A stretch of 64,000 bases of DNA from Heptranchias perlo (lineage: Eukaryota). Each line of letters begins with the position of its first letter. Within the stretch, counting starts at the first letter, position 1. The notes below the pieces were generated by a model. The model made no database searches. It was given only the letters and a program-made list of their open reading frames with translations, and was not told the DNA's origin. The stretch lies in assembly GCF_035084215.1 (NCBI RefSeq), contig NC_090351.1:20336001-20400000 (forward strand), in the 5' to 3' direction. Below are positions 1-10,410 of this stretch, piece after piece. The translations under genes were made by a program, and so were the position numbers.

Positions 1-29
1 AACTTTGCAACTGACTCAAGGGAGTCAGA

Positions 30-1180
30 AAGAAGAAAGATTTGCATTTATACAGTACCTTATGACGTCTTTCTCAAACATCCCAAATATTTCAAACCCA
101 ATGATTTACTTTTAAATGCAGTGTTTATTGTTACATATAGTAACATAGGCCCCAATATTCACGGGGAGGCAGGGAGGGAGCAGGAGAGATATTTTGTGGC
201 TAAGAAATACAGAAATACAGGGAACGCAGAGGTCCTCCAAATTAAATGGCAGAAACTCATTTGAATTATTTCTCTCGGTTTCCCACCCATCAGCTGGCCA
301 GATTGAGAGGCTGGCCGGCTGTCAGGCGGGAAGGCCTGCGATAGTAGGCCGCAGCCGGGGACTGGAGAGGAGGGAGGGAGAGATTGCGTGGGGGTGGGAG
401 ATCATGGAGGGCGGGGAGAAATTGCGGGGGGTCGGTCTGGAGAACGCAGGGGGATTGGCCTGAAGATCGCGGCAGGGGCGGGGGGGGGGGCGGGGGGGGG
501 GGGGAGGGCGGGGGGGTGGTGAGGGTGTCGGCCGATCCCGGCAGGTTACCTTGGGGTGCCAGGGAGGGAAGCATGCTCTTCCTGCCCACAAGCAGTGCCG
601 GGAAAGCACTTACCTACTGGATCCAGCAGTTCTTGTCTCCCTTCTGCTGTTGGGTTTCCCTAGCTCTGGGAGCTCATTAACAACACACGTCTTGACAGTG
701 GCTTAGTCGGCCGCTGCCTAATTCGCCCCGGTTTAACTGGAAGTAGGTACGTTCGCAGCAGGTTGGGGTTGGATTTCACATTTTTAAGAATTTAACCACC
801 TCCCCCATACCCCAGCCCCTTTCCCACCCATACTGTGGAGTTAAAATTCCGCCCATAATCTCAAACGGACATGAGAAAAATGACCAGATAATCTGTTTTT
901 GGGGATGTAGTTACAAGAAAATTATTGGCCAGAACCCTCGGAAAGCTCTTCTTTTTCAAACAATGCAATGGGATTTCTCATGTCCACCCGGACAGGCAGG
1001 CAATCAGGGCCTCAGCTCCACATTTCATTCAGAGGACAGCACTTCTAATAATGCAGCACTCACTCCGTACTGCATTACAGTAGCACCTAAATTAAGTGCT
1101 CAAGTCCTGGAGTGAACCTCACACTCACAACCTTCTGACTTAGAGGCAAGAATCCCAGCAGCTGAGCCAAAGTGACACAC
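30..1180 (-). mobile_element. tRNA-derived DeuSINE (SacSINE1-like), split by a MITE at 148-854
   Basis: L2-like tail (ttgcatttata...) at 30-147. Body resumes after 857 (atgaccagataatctgtttt...gccagaac...atgggatt...tccacc). tRNA-like head at ~1100-1180 (caaccttctgacttagaggcaag...ctgagcca). Confidence 0.75.
148..854. mobile_element. Non-autonomous PIF/Harbinger-type MITE
   Basis: Imperfect TIRs GGCCCCAATATT / rc GGGCGGAATTTT. ATA on both sides (145-147, 855-857). Interrupts a SINE cleanly. GC-rich and similar to 29223-29814. Confidence 0.7.
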
Positions 1181-1871
1181 GGCTTGACTCAGTCGGTAAA
1201 ATTCTTGCCTTAGTCATAATTCCCCCACCCACTACGTTTGTCTCGAAAAGAAACCAAGTCTTTCATGCAGTCAACACAATAGCAATTTGATCCTTTCTCC
1301 CATAGAAATGACAGAAATTTCTAACATCAACTCACTGCATATCACCATCTTGATGCACAGGCAAGTGAGCAAGATTGGAGTTTAAAGCTTAGACAGACAT
1401 GGGAGGGGTCTGTAGAGACTTTGAGTTTAGAATATTCAGGTAAGGCTACAAAAATATGACATATGATAGGTAATTGCTGTGTAGGCGCTCTGAAAGGAAG
1501 AGTTAACAATGTATTTTCCGATTTTGTATACAACCCTACTTACGCGGAAGTGGTGCTTCTCAAAAGATAATGACAGCTTGAGAGAAGCAATGTGATTGAA
1601 TCAGGAGAGCTGTAAGCAGAGACACTGAACATGTCCCCCCTGGTGGAAACTGAATGGACTCTTACACGGGGTTCAATGTAAATGGATGTTACATGGAGAA
1701 AAGGCAATGCACAAAACAAGCCAGGTCATTGACTAAAGTTTATTTTTTTATTTAACAAAAGAAAGAAATGTTATTTTTCATCTTAATTGATGACCCACTA
1801 ATTAAAAACCACAGGAACGTGTGGTTTTGAAAACTGCATTTCTTCAGGACGCAATTTTGTTAGTAGTACAT

Positions 1872-2004
1872 ATCATCCGAAAGACAGCACTGCCAACAGT
1901 GCAGCACTCCCTGAGGTGTCAGCCTAGATTTTGTGCTCAAATCTCTGGAGTGGGACTTGAACCTTCTGACTCAGAGGCAAGTGTGCTACCAGTGAACCCA
2001 GGCT
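1872..2004 (-). mobile_element. 5' fragment of a SacSINE1-like SINE
   Basis: atcatccgaaagacagcac...gtgggacttgaaccttctgactcagaggc matches the 1020-1180 segment, with a B-box (rc GGTTCAAGTCC). Confidence 0.7.
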
Positions 2005-2787
2005 GGAGAAACACTAAAGTTTGTTCATTCATTTTTGGAGTGAATAAGGATCCTCAAGACAAATAGTCTGTTAGCGTTTTCTGCCATTGCATTACTCTTA
2101 ACTCACCTCTGCTTTTCTGCTAAAATTATTAGAGACAGGAATGCCACTCACAATTAACTTTTCAAATCTGGATCAAACAATGAATGCACTTATTCTACCA
2201 TACTGCTACTAAAATACACCTGAAAATTAGATAAAAACATACTGATTTCCTACCATCAAAATCATGTTCATTGTCAAACTGGAATTAATCAGGTTACTTG
2301 ACTTCAATCTTCCTGTAATAACAGTAAGTTTGAAGGTTTCCCCCCATGGTTCTGTACGATTTTTTAATTCTGCTTTTAACATTCAATCTAGCATTAGACA
2401 TTTGTATAAAATCCCTTTATTCACAAATATCCTCTGCTTGCCAACAAATACTAATTTTGAGAGCTGTGTAGTTCAAGCATTACTTAAGGATGAATTACTA
2501 ATTATTTCCAGCAAATGAGCATTACCTTAGGGGCTGGGTGGCTAATATAAATTTATTGTGCTTTGGCATTAGTTCAGTACACATAAGAATCCAGTGCAAG
2601 TCATTTATAATGAATTAATCGGTGCAGCATTGATTTGCCTGCTATAAAAAGCTGTTGGTTGCATTACAAGGAACGTTACTCAATGCCAAATGTGGAGTCG
2701 GGGAGAGCTGGGGAGCCAAGAATTAAGCAAAGCCATTGTGGAACCCAGGAGGGTTGGGGACCATGCATCAGGAAAATTAGCTGTGGA

Positions 2788-3063
2788 CGACCGACTGGCA
2801 CACTCCAAGGTCCAGGAGTATGTGCTGCGGGACGCAGTGAAGCGAGGTGCAGCCTACACAAAGGCTCTATGGGGAAAGGCCACCATGTAAGGCCATATTA
2901 GAAGATATGTACTGTGTTTTGAATTGTAATAATGAGATTATAGTGAATACAATCTGCATCGTATTGGTTTGAACTGCATTGCTTGGAATTGTGTCCTTTT
3001 ACATTGAAATGGGTGTATCTTTAAATTTTATGAAATAAAGTATATTTTGAAATATTAAAAAAA
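2788..3063 (+). mobile_element. Tx1-clade non-LTR retrotransposon, 5'-truncated copy 1
   Basis: ORF end RLAHSKVQEYVLRDAVKRGAAYTKALWGKATM*, then 3'UTR, AATAAA and poly(A). Homologous to 3870-4161. Confidence 0.75.
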
Positions 3064-3377
3064 GCCTACGTGCACTTGGCAAAACGTCTCATCGCCGGAA
3101 CTGACCAGCAGATACCAGGATGTAGCTTGGATGGTGGTGAGAAGGGTTCTTGCAGTGCGGTCTTTCCTGCTCATACATAATCTCAGCCCCACTGTGAGAT
3201 GCGATGTATTGTACTGCATGTCTTAGAAGATATTTACTGTGTTTTAAATTGTAGCAATGGGATCTTAGTGTGTAAGATCTGTATTGTATTGTTTTGAATT
3301 GTAATTGTGATGCTTACATTGAACTGTGCATAGCCTTAAATTTTATGAAATAAAGTATATTTTGAAATTTAAAAAAA
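3064..3377 (+). mobile_element. Tx1-clade copy 2 (internally deleted)
   Basis: ttggcaaaacgtctcatcgccggaactgacc... parallels 3467-3580 and joins directly to the same 3'UTR, AATAAA and poly(A). Confidence 0.7.
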
Positions 3378-3390
3378 GATTAGCTGTGGA

Positions 3391-4161
3391 ACGTTCTGGG
3401 AATCCTGCAGGGAAAGGAGAGGGTAGATCCGATAGGGCAGTTCCCCGACCAGACGGTCAACGCCATTTGGCAGAACGTCTCATCACCAGAACTGACCAAC
3501 AGGCACCAGGATATGACCTGGATGGTGGTGAGAAGGGCCCTCCCAGTGCTGTCCTTCCAACACGCACGGAATCTCAGCGCCACCGCAAGCAGTCCTCAAG
3601 GCGGCAGCGGGGACGAGATCATCGTCCACCACGTGATGGACTGCCCCTTCGTGCAGAAGGTGTGGAGAGAGATGTGTTGGTATCTGTCCCGGTTCAACCC
3701 CAATAGTTCAGTAACACAGGATGCCATGCCCTACGGGTTGTTCCCCTGGACGCACACCGAGACACATATCAACTGCTGCTGGAAGACCAGCAACTTGGTG
3801 AAGGAAGCCCTATGGTCCACCCAAAAGCTGTTGGACTTCCAGCTGAAGAAGCTGTCCAGGATCGAATGTTACCAAATGGCAAACTCCAAGGTCCAGGAGT
3901 ACGTGCTGCGGGACTCACTGAAGCAAGGTGCGGTCTATGCAAAGGCCTCTATGGGGAAAGGCCACCGTTTAAGGCCATCCCACTTTGTATTGTACAGAAC
4001 CTATTAAAAGATATGTACTGTGTTTTGAATTGTAATAATGGGATCATAGTGTGTATGATCTGTATCGTATTGGTTTGAATTGCATTGCTTGGAATTGTGT
4101 CCTTTTACATTGAACATTTTTACATTTTATGAAATAAAGTATATTTTGAAATATAAAAAAA
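3391..4161 (+). mobile_element. Tx1-clade copy 3 with zf-RVT-like C-terminal region
   Basis: WMVVRRALPV...DEIIVHHVMDCPFVQKVW...SKVQEYVLRDSLK (zinc-knuckle-like), then AATAAA and poly(A). Flanked by ATTAGCTGT(G/T)GA. Confidence 0.8.
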
Positions 4162-4237
4162 GATTAGCTGTTGAGTCTGGGATGTCTAGGAAGCCAAACA
4201 CCATTGACTATCATTGTTGCTTGTGAAGAAACATAAT

Positions 4238-4996
4238 GACCCAGAATTTGCTGTCAAAATAACAGTGCGTCTGACGGCATTCACCATTATTTATGTGCAA
4301 ATCAAACAGCAACTTCAGGCAAGGGCAGATATGCAGTTAAACGCAAAAATCTGAAAGCTGCTGTCTGAGATGTGCTGCCATGCTGTTAGCTTTGCATAAA
4401 TGGCATCTCGCAGTCTGACTCACCATACAAATGCATTAAACGGCATGAAATTACTGTATTTCAGCAGTAGATACGCACTAATCTCGCCACAGAAAGTTAG
4501 GCTTGTCCATTTCAGTCTAAGTACCTATTAAATGTGTGATAAGTGTTAATTACTGCCAATCAACTTCTCTGACATGGAAAATTAACTATTATAAGTGTGG
4601 AGTCTCATTCCTTCAGGTTTTAATTGTTGTTGGGGATTTAAAAAAAATATATAAATTTTCTTTGTCTCTTTTCTCTCTCTCTCTCTATCCAATCTTTCTT
4701 TCCCTCTCTTTATTTCTCTTTCTGTACCTGATTTGACATTGAATTCACCAATTTCTAATTTACACTTCCTTCTCAGTTCTTGTACTGTTAATTTCACAAT
4801 CCTTCAATCTGATTGGTTAAAGACATACACAGTTGCTTGCCCTCAGGTCCCAGATGCCCTGTAGGGGGTGCCATGCGTTTCCATCTCACATTTCCAGCAA
4901 CTTGCGGTACAAAATATCATGGAGATCAAACAGGCAAGGACAAGTCTAACTAAAGACTGGTCCCATTTGTTGCCCTGCTACAGCAATTTTTGGGCC
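4238..4996. mobile_element. Harbinger-type MITE (second family)
   Basis: TIRs GACCCAGAATTTGCTG / rc GGCCCAAAAATTGCTG. An inverted homolog lies at 23974-24732. Confidence 0.7.
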
Positions 4997-5754
4997 ATTG
5001 CCCTTCTCATTGCTACGCCTGGGCAAACCAATAGGATGTGTCGTACTTTATTGCATTGGGTTCAGGCAGATGCAGTTTATCCAGTTTCCCTAACTATTCC
5101 TGGATAAACTCGTTGAGCCATCAGGGAGCTTCAATCTGAAACTTTCCATTAAACTTCATTAGAATTCACAAAAGATGAAAACTGAGTGAACAGTGAATTA
5201 GAAAAGTTAGTGACTGAATGGCTGTGTGAGTACTGATGTCTTGCTCACTCTGCATGAGGGAACATTGTAATGTACTACATTTAAGATATGTCTTAACTGT
5301 GGCATGCACACACCTTTCCTTAGATAATCCTGTGGTTTAGTGTAACAAATGATCCAACACAGCTTGAAGAAAACTTCAATAAATAGATTAATGAGGCAGA
5401 GAGGTATGACTTTTCGTAACAATGACTACAGTTTTAACAGTGATGCGTCAACTTGTGAGAATTCCAGTCTACACTTTTTCACACCGCTCAAATGTCAAAA
5501 CGTAACAATGTAAAGATTAACCTATGTCACGGCAGTATTAATATTGTCATGCAAATAGCTGCATCGGCCAGGAATTTGGTAACTGATTGCTGTCAGTGAT
5601 CAATCACATAAGCAGCTGCACAAAATGACTTTTTTTCTATTACCTGAGATACATTTTCACCCAAGTTTTCTCCCCCCCCCCCTTCTTTCCTGCAGGTCCT
5701 AACTTTTCTGGGATCGCATAAGATCACAAGATAATAACAATAAGAAGTAAGGCG

Positions 5755-6060
5755 ATTTGAACCATTTTGTTCATCCATCCATTCATTCATACATACCTTA
5801 AAATCCCCCATTGCAACAACTAATTGTTTCTTAAATAAACAATTTGTTTTTGATTCAACCAGTCTTATCTGGAAGTTCATTTCATGTGTTTATCACTCTG
5901 TGTGTGAAGAAGTACATTCTGATATCAATCTTAAATTTAACTTTTATTAGTTTGAACCTGTGTTCCCTTGTCGCACTCTCTCAATTTAATTTAAAGCAAT
6001 TGTCTGATTTACCTTTTCTGTTCCCTTAACTATTTTATGTAGCTCTATAAGATCACTGTC
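5755..6060 (-). mobile_element. Degenerate CR1 3' fragment
   Basis: actctgtgtgtgaagaag...aacctgtgttcccttgtc...tctataagatcac is the reverse complement of the CR1 RT C-terminus. Confidence 0.6.
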
Positions 6061-6559
6061 AGACAGTATGGTCCCATGGATGCCAGTTTCCTTCTGGTAG
6101 CTCACCCATATGGCTATTCTTCCTGCATGAATCTTTTTAGGGGCCAACATTTCACTTTTTGTGAATCTTAGTGAAAAAGTAGGCAAAAGTAAAAAGTGGT
6201 GGAATATTGGGAAAAAGCGCCAATGTACAATTCACTCATGATTAGCAATGCTGTGAGCATTCCTATCACCCAAAACCTGAGTAAAACCTAATAAAGAGGA
6301 ACAAAAGTGGCCATTTTGTGAAAGCCCATTGAGGAAGAACTCATGTCGCATTTTGCAGCTGTGGAGGCACATCAAAAGGTGAGCAGATCAGACTTCGAGT
6401 CAATAAAGGAGAATCAAGGTAATGAATTATAACACGGAAGCAATAAGTGCAGTAAATACCACAGGAGCTTTCTGACAGAATATGGGTGGAGCAGCCATTA
6501 CTAGTTATGATAAAGGAGGAGGAAAGGGATGAAGAAGCAATAGAGCATCGGAGTCTCAT

Positions 6560-7310
6560 GAATCACAGCAGTCTAACACAAGCAGAGAAAGCTACTTGTG
6601 GTTGTTGGACAAACTGTCTGGGGAGGTGAATACTCACTGGGGAGGCTGTGACAGATGTATGCCATCTGATCCATGAAGACCTACCTGCAAGGACAGTCAA
6701 TCACCCACTGTGAAACTCACCACCTGCCTCATTTTTATACCAGAGACCTTCCAGGCACCAATAGGGCCATCTCAGGAGTCGGCTACCTTGCCATGAACTG
6801 CTCCATTAAGAAGATAGCTGAAGCCCTGTATTGTCACTTCCCCATTACATACACCTCAGCAGGAAGCAGCAGCAACTGCACAGGTAATATTTTTCAAAAT
6901 TGCTGGCTTCCCAAAGATCCGATGAATCACTAATTATACAGTGGTAGCCATTCATGCATCCATCACCAGCCCCATGGTATACATAATAGGAAGTGCTACC
7001 ATTCCATCAATATGCAAATGATATACAATAACTACAAGCAAATAATGCACCTCATTGCATGGTTTCCAGGAGTATCAGCAATGCTTTTATTCTGATAGAA
7101 TCAAACATGACACAGCTCTTTGAAAGAGAAAAAAAGTTGAGCGGTTGACTGCTTGAAGATGTGGGTTACACTATGGCTGATGATGCCCACCTCTGCACAA
7201 TCCTCACGTTGCAACAGAGAACAGACACAACCAGACACAGAATGAAACAACAGCCCTAAATAATTGTCCAATTTAGCGCTAAACCAACGCTTTAGATGCT
7301 AGGACCAATA
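6560..7310 (+). pseudogene. Decayed Harbinger (HARBI1-like, DDE_Tnp_4) transposase
   Basis: Frameshifted motifs in the expected order: VKLTT..., AISGVGYLAMNCSIKKIAEALY, KIAGFPK, NRKCYHSINMQMI, IAWFPG, G*LLEDVGY, RFRC*D. Confidence 0.75.
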
Positions 7311-8713
7311 AGTGAGATGTTACAATATCTCTAACCTGTCCTTTCTCTCCAAGGCCCTTAAGCACATCTTTGTCACCCAGCTACATGCTCACTTCTCTCA
7401 CCACTCCCTGTTTGGGTCCCTCAATGTGGTTTCTAATCAACCCACAGCACGGAGACCTCTAATCAAAGTCACTAATTACCATCTGTATGACTGCAACCAT
7501 GGGTAATCCTAATGGACTTCTCTGTTGCCTTCAACACAGCTGACCACTCCATTTTCCTCCATCCCGTCTCTGAGGTATTGTTGTGCTTTTATGTTCCTAT
7601 CCTTAAAAGATCACTAAAGTCTAAATTTTCCAGTTTATATCTGAATGGTTTGAAATAGGTGCCATGTTCTCCTGGTAAACTGTGCCTACACACCCAATTT
7701 TCCATGGTTAGCACATCATAATTATGCATAGCTTCAGGTGCACATTCAGATGGAAGTGAAAAAATCCACGAAGTTGAACTTTAAAAGGATGCACACAATT
7801 AAAGGGAAGTGTTGGAATAGGGGGACAGAAGTCCTGAAAGTCATAAGAAAAGCTCAGAAGGCATTTCAACTATTGACAGCCTTTGCCAAAGTTGAAAGCA
7901 CAAAGAACTGACAGGCAAGGGAAAGAAAACCCGATGTGCAGGCATGAATCTGCAGGAAAGTGAAGCCAGCACTTGACTCATCTGAAGCAGGAGAATTGCT
8001 GTCTGTGCCACTCCCCAGTACCATCGCCAAGGTTAGCACTGAAGCATTCCTACAAAGAGGTGGGGCCAACTTTTAGACTGCAGCTGATAATTATGGTCAC
8101 TGGATGTGCCAGACCTACACTGCAAAATAGCTACAGATGTCCTTGCAGTAGATTGCACAGCTTTGCATCTGGCTGTCTGAAGACCAAAATCTTGTAAAAA
8201 TACTTAGCCAGGTTCTGCAGATCTGGATGGCGTCATCTTGGCAGATGTGGTCAATCAGAGTATGCTGGTCGTTGATCAGCTTGGTATGCTTTCCTTCATG
8301 CAGTGCCACTGAAAGCATTACATTCTGTAATTGGGGTGGTTCTGAGGAAGCATCCAACATTACAGTTAGTCAGGCATTCAGATACCCAGCTTTCTTTGGG
8401 GATAAAAGCCTCCACTAGCACTAATCACCTGCCAAAGCGAGGTACATTTACATCTGTCTGCAGATATGGGTATGAGGATCCTGGAGGGAGGGCACAAAGC
8501 ACCTCTCATGCAGCCTGACCCGCCTGGCTCTCAACTGGTCCTTTTCCAAACAGCTCAGCTAGGGGGACTCCCAATGGAAAGCCTACTGGTACCAATAATG
8601 GCACAAAGACTAAAGAGAATCTAAGTGCTAGCAGGAAAAACAAAACAATAAAAAGAAAATGGTTAAGAAATTGCTGAAACATACTTACTTTAGCATTACT
8701 GTGACCTTCCCAT

Positions 8714-10410
8714 GACCTGATGGCTTCCATCCTAGGGTCTTGAGGGAAGTGGCAGTAGGGATTGTGGATGCTTTGGTGATAGTTTTCCAAAATTCCCTGG
8801 ACTCAGGAGAGGTCCCGGCAGATTGGAAAACTGCTAATGTAACACCGTTATTTAAAAAGGGTAGTAGGCAGAAGGCTGGAAATTATAGGCCAGTTAGCTT
8901 AACATCTGTGGTGGGTAAAATTTTGGAGTCTATTATTAAGGAGACAGTAACGGAACATTTAGATAAGCATAATTTAATAGGACAAAGTCAGCATGGCTTC
9001 ATGAAGGGGAAGTCATGTCTGACAAATTTGCTTGAGTTCTTCGAGGATATAACGTATAGGGTGGATAAAGGGGAACCAGTGGACGTAGTGTATTTAGACT
9101 TCCAGAAGGCATTCGACAAGGTGCCACATGAAAGATTATTACTTAAGATAAAAAATCACGGGATTGGGGGTAATATTCTGGCATGGGTGGAGGATTGGTT
9201 ATCAAACAGGAAGCAGAGAGTTGGGATAAATGGTTCATTTTCGGACTGGCAACCAGTAACCAGTGGTGTTCCACAGGGGTCGGTGCTGGGTCCCCAACTC
9301 TTTACAATCTATATTAACGATTTGGAGGAGGGGACCGAGTGCAACATATCAAAATTTGCAGATGATACAAAGATGGGAGGGAAAGTAGAGAGTGAGGAGG
9401 ACATAAAAAACCTGCAAGGGGATATAGACAGGCTGGGTGAGTGGGCGGAGATTTGGCAGATGCAATATAATATTGGAAAATGTGAGGTTATGCACTTTGG
9501 CAGGAAAAATCAGAGAGCAAGTTATTTTCTTAATGGCGAGAGACTGGAAAGTACTGCAGTACAAAGGGATCTGGGGGTCCTAGTGCAAGAAAATCAAAAA
9601 GTTGGTATGCAGGTGCAGCAGGTGATCAAGAAAGCCAACGGAATGTTGGCTTTTATTGCTAGGGGGATAGAATATAAAAACAGGGAGGTATTGCTGCAGT
9701 TATATAAGGTATTGGTGAGACCGCACCTGGAATACTGCATACAGTTTTGGTCTCCATACTTAAGAAAAGACATACTTGCTCTCGAGGCAGTACAAAGAAG
9801 GTTCACTCGGTTAATCCCGGGGATGAAGGGGCGCACATATGAGGAGAGGTTGAGTAGATTGGGACTCTACTCATTGGAGTTCAGAAGAATGAGAGGCGAT
9901 CTTATTGAAACATATAAGATTGTGAGGGGTCTTGATCGGGTGGATGCAGTAAGGATGTTCCCAAAGATGGGTGAAACTAGAACTAGGGGGCATAATCTTA
10001 GAATAAGGGGCTGCTCTTTCAAAACTGAGATGAGGAGAAACTTCTTCACTCAGAGGGTGGTAGGTCTGTGGAATATGCTGCCCCAGGAAGCTGTGGAAGC
10101 TACATCATTAGATAAATTTAAAACAGAAATAGACAGTTTCCTCGAAGTAAAGGGAATTAGGGGTTATGGGGAGCGGGCAGGAAATTGGACATGAAGCTGA
10201 GTTCGGATCGGTCAATGCCCTGTGGGTGGCGGAGAGGGCCCAGGGGCTATGTGGCCGGGTCCTGCTCCGACTTCTTGTGTTCTTTAGATTTGTGGTTGGG
10301 ATCAGATCAGCCATGATCTTATTAAATGGCGGAGCAGGCTCGAGGGGCCGATTGGCCTACTCCTGCTCCAATTTCTTATGTTCTTATGTTCTTATGTTCT
10401 TATGTTCTTA
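8714..10410 (+). mobile_element. Young 5'-truncated CR1 (HER1-type) LINE
   Basis: Uninterrupted RT frame, 3' hairpin and (TTCTTATG)n tail. CCATGA duplicated at 8710-8715 and 10412-10417. Confidence 0.95.
8740..10194 (+). CDS. CR1 ORF2 reverse transcriptase, 5'-truncated, open frame
   Basis: Motifs NYRPVSLTS, QHGF, YLDFQKAFDKVPH, GVPQGSVLGP, FADDTK, RPHLEY. The annotated start is not a real initiator. Confidence 0.9.
   Translation: MREVAVGIVDALVIVFQNSLDSGEVPADWKTANVTPLFKKGSRQKAGNYRPVSLTSVVGKILESIIKETVTEHLDKHNLIGQSQHGFMKGKSCLTNLLEFFEDITYRVDKGEPVDVVYLDFQKAFDKVPHERLLLKIKNHGIGGNILAWVEDWLSNRKQRVGINGSFSDWQPVTSGVPQGSVLGPQLFTIYINDLEEGTECNISKFADDTKMGGKVESEEDIKNLQGDIDRLGEWAEIWQMQYNIGKCEVMHFGRKNQRASYFLNGERLESTAVQRDLGVLVQENQKVGMQVQQVIKKANGMLAFIARGIEYKNREVLLQLYKVLVRPHLEYCIQFWSPYLRKDILALEAVQRRFTRLIPGMKGRTYEERLSRLGLYSLEFRRMRGDLIETYKIVRGLDRVDAVRMFPKMGETRTRGHNLRIRGCSFKTEMRRNFFTQRVVGLWNMLPQEAVEATSLDKFKTEIDSFLEVKGIRGYGERAGNWT

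Noticed and set aside
194-680. Proline/glycine-rich ORFs and a CpG-island-like stretch
   Set aside because: They lie within a GC-rich MITE that has a second copy at 29223. No evidence for a promoter or gene.
7870-8700. Minus-strand Myb-like gene inside the 7618-10671 element
   Set aside because: An AK|gtaagt junction and weak similarity exist, but no SANT core could be read.
9349-10314. Short antisense ORFs over LINE reverse transcriptases (also at 51387-53304 and 59922-60564)
   Set aside because: Shadow frames of LINE coding sequence.
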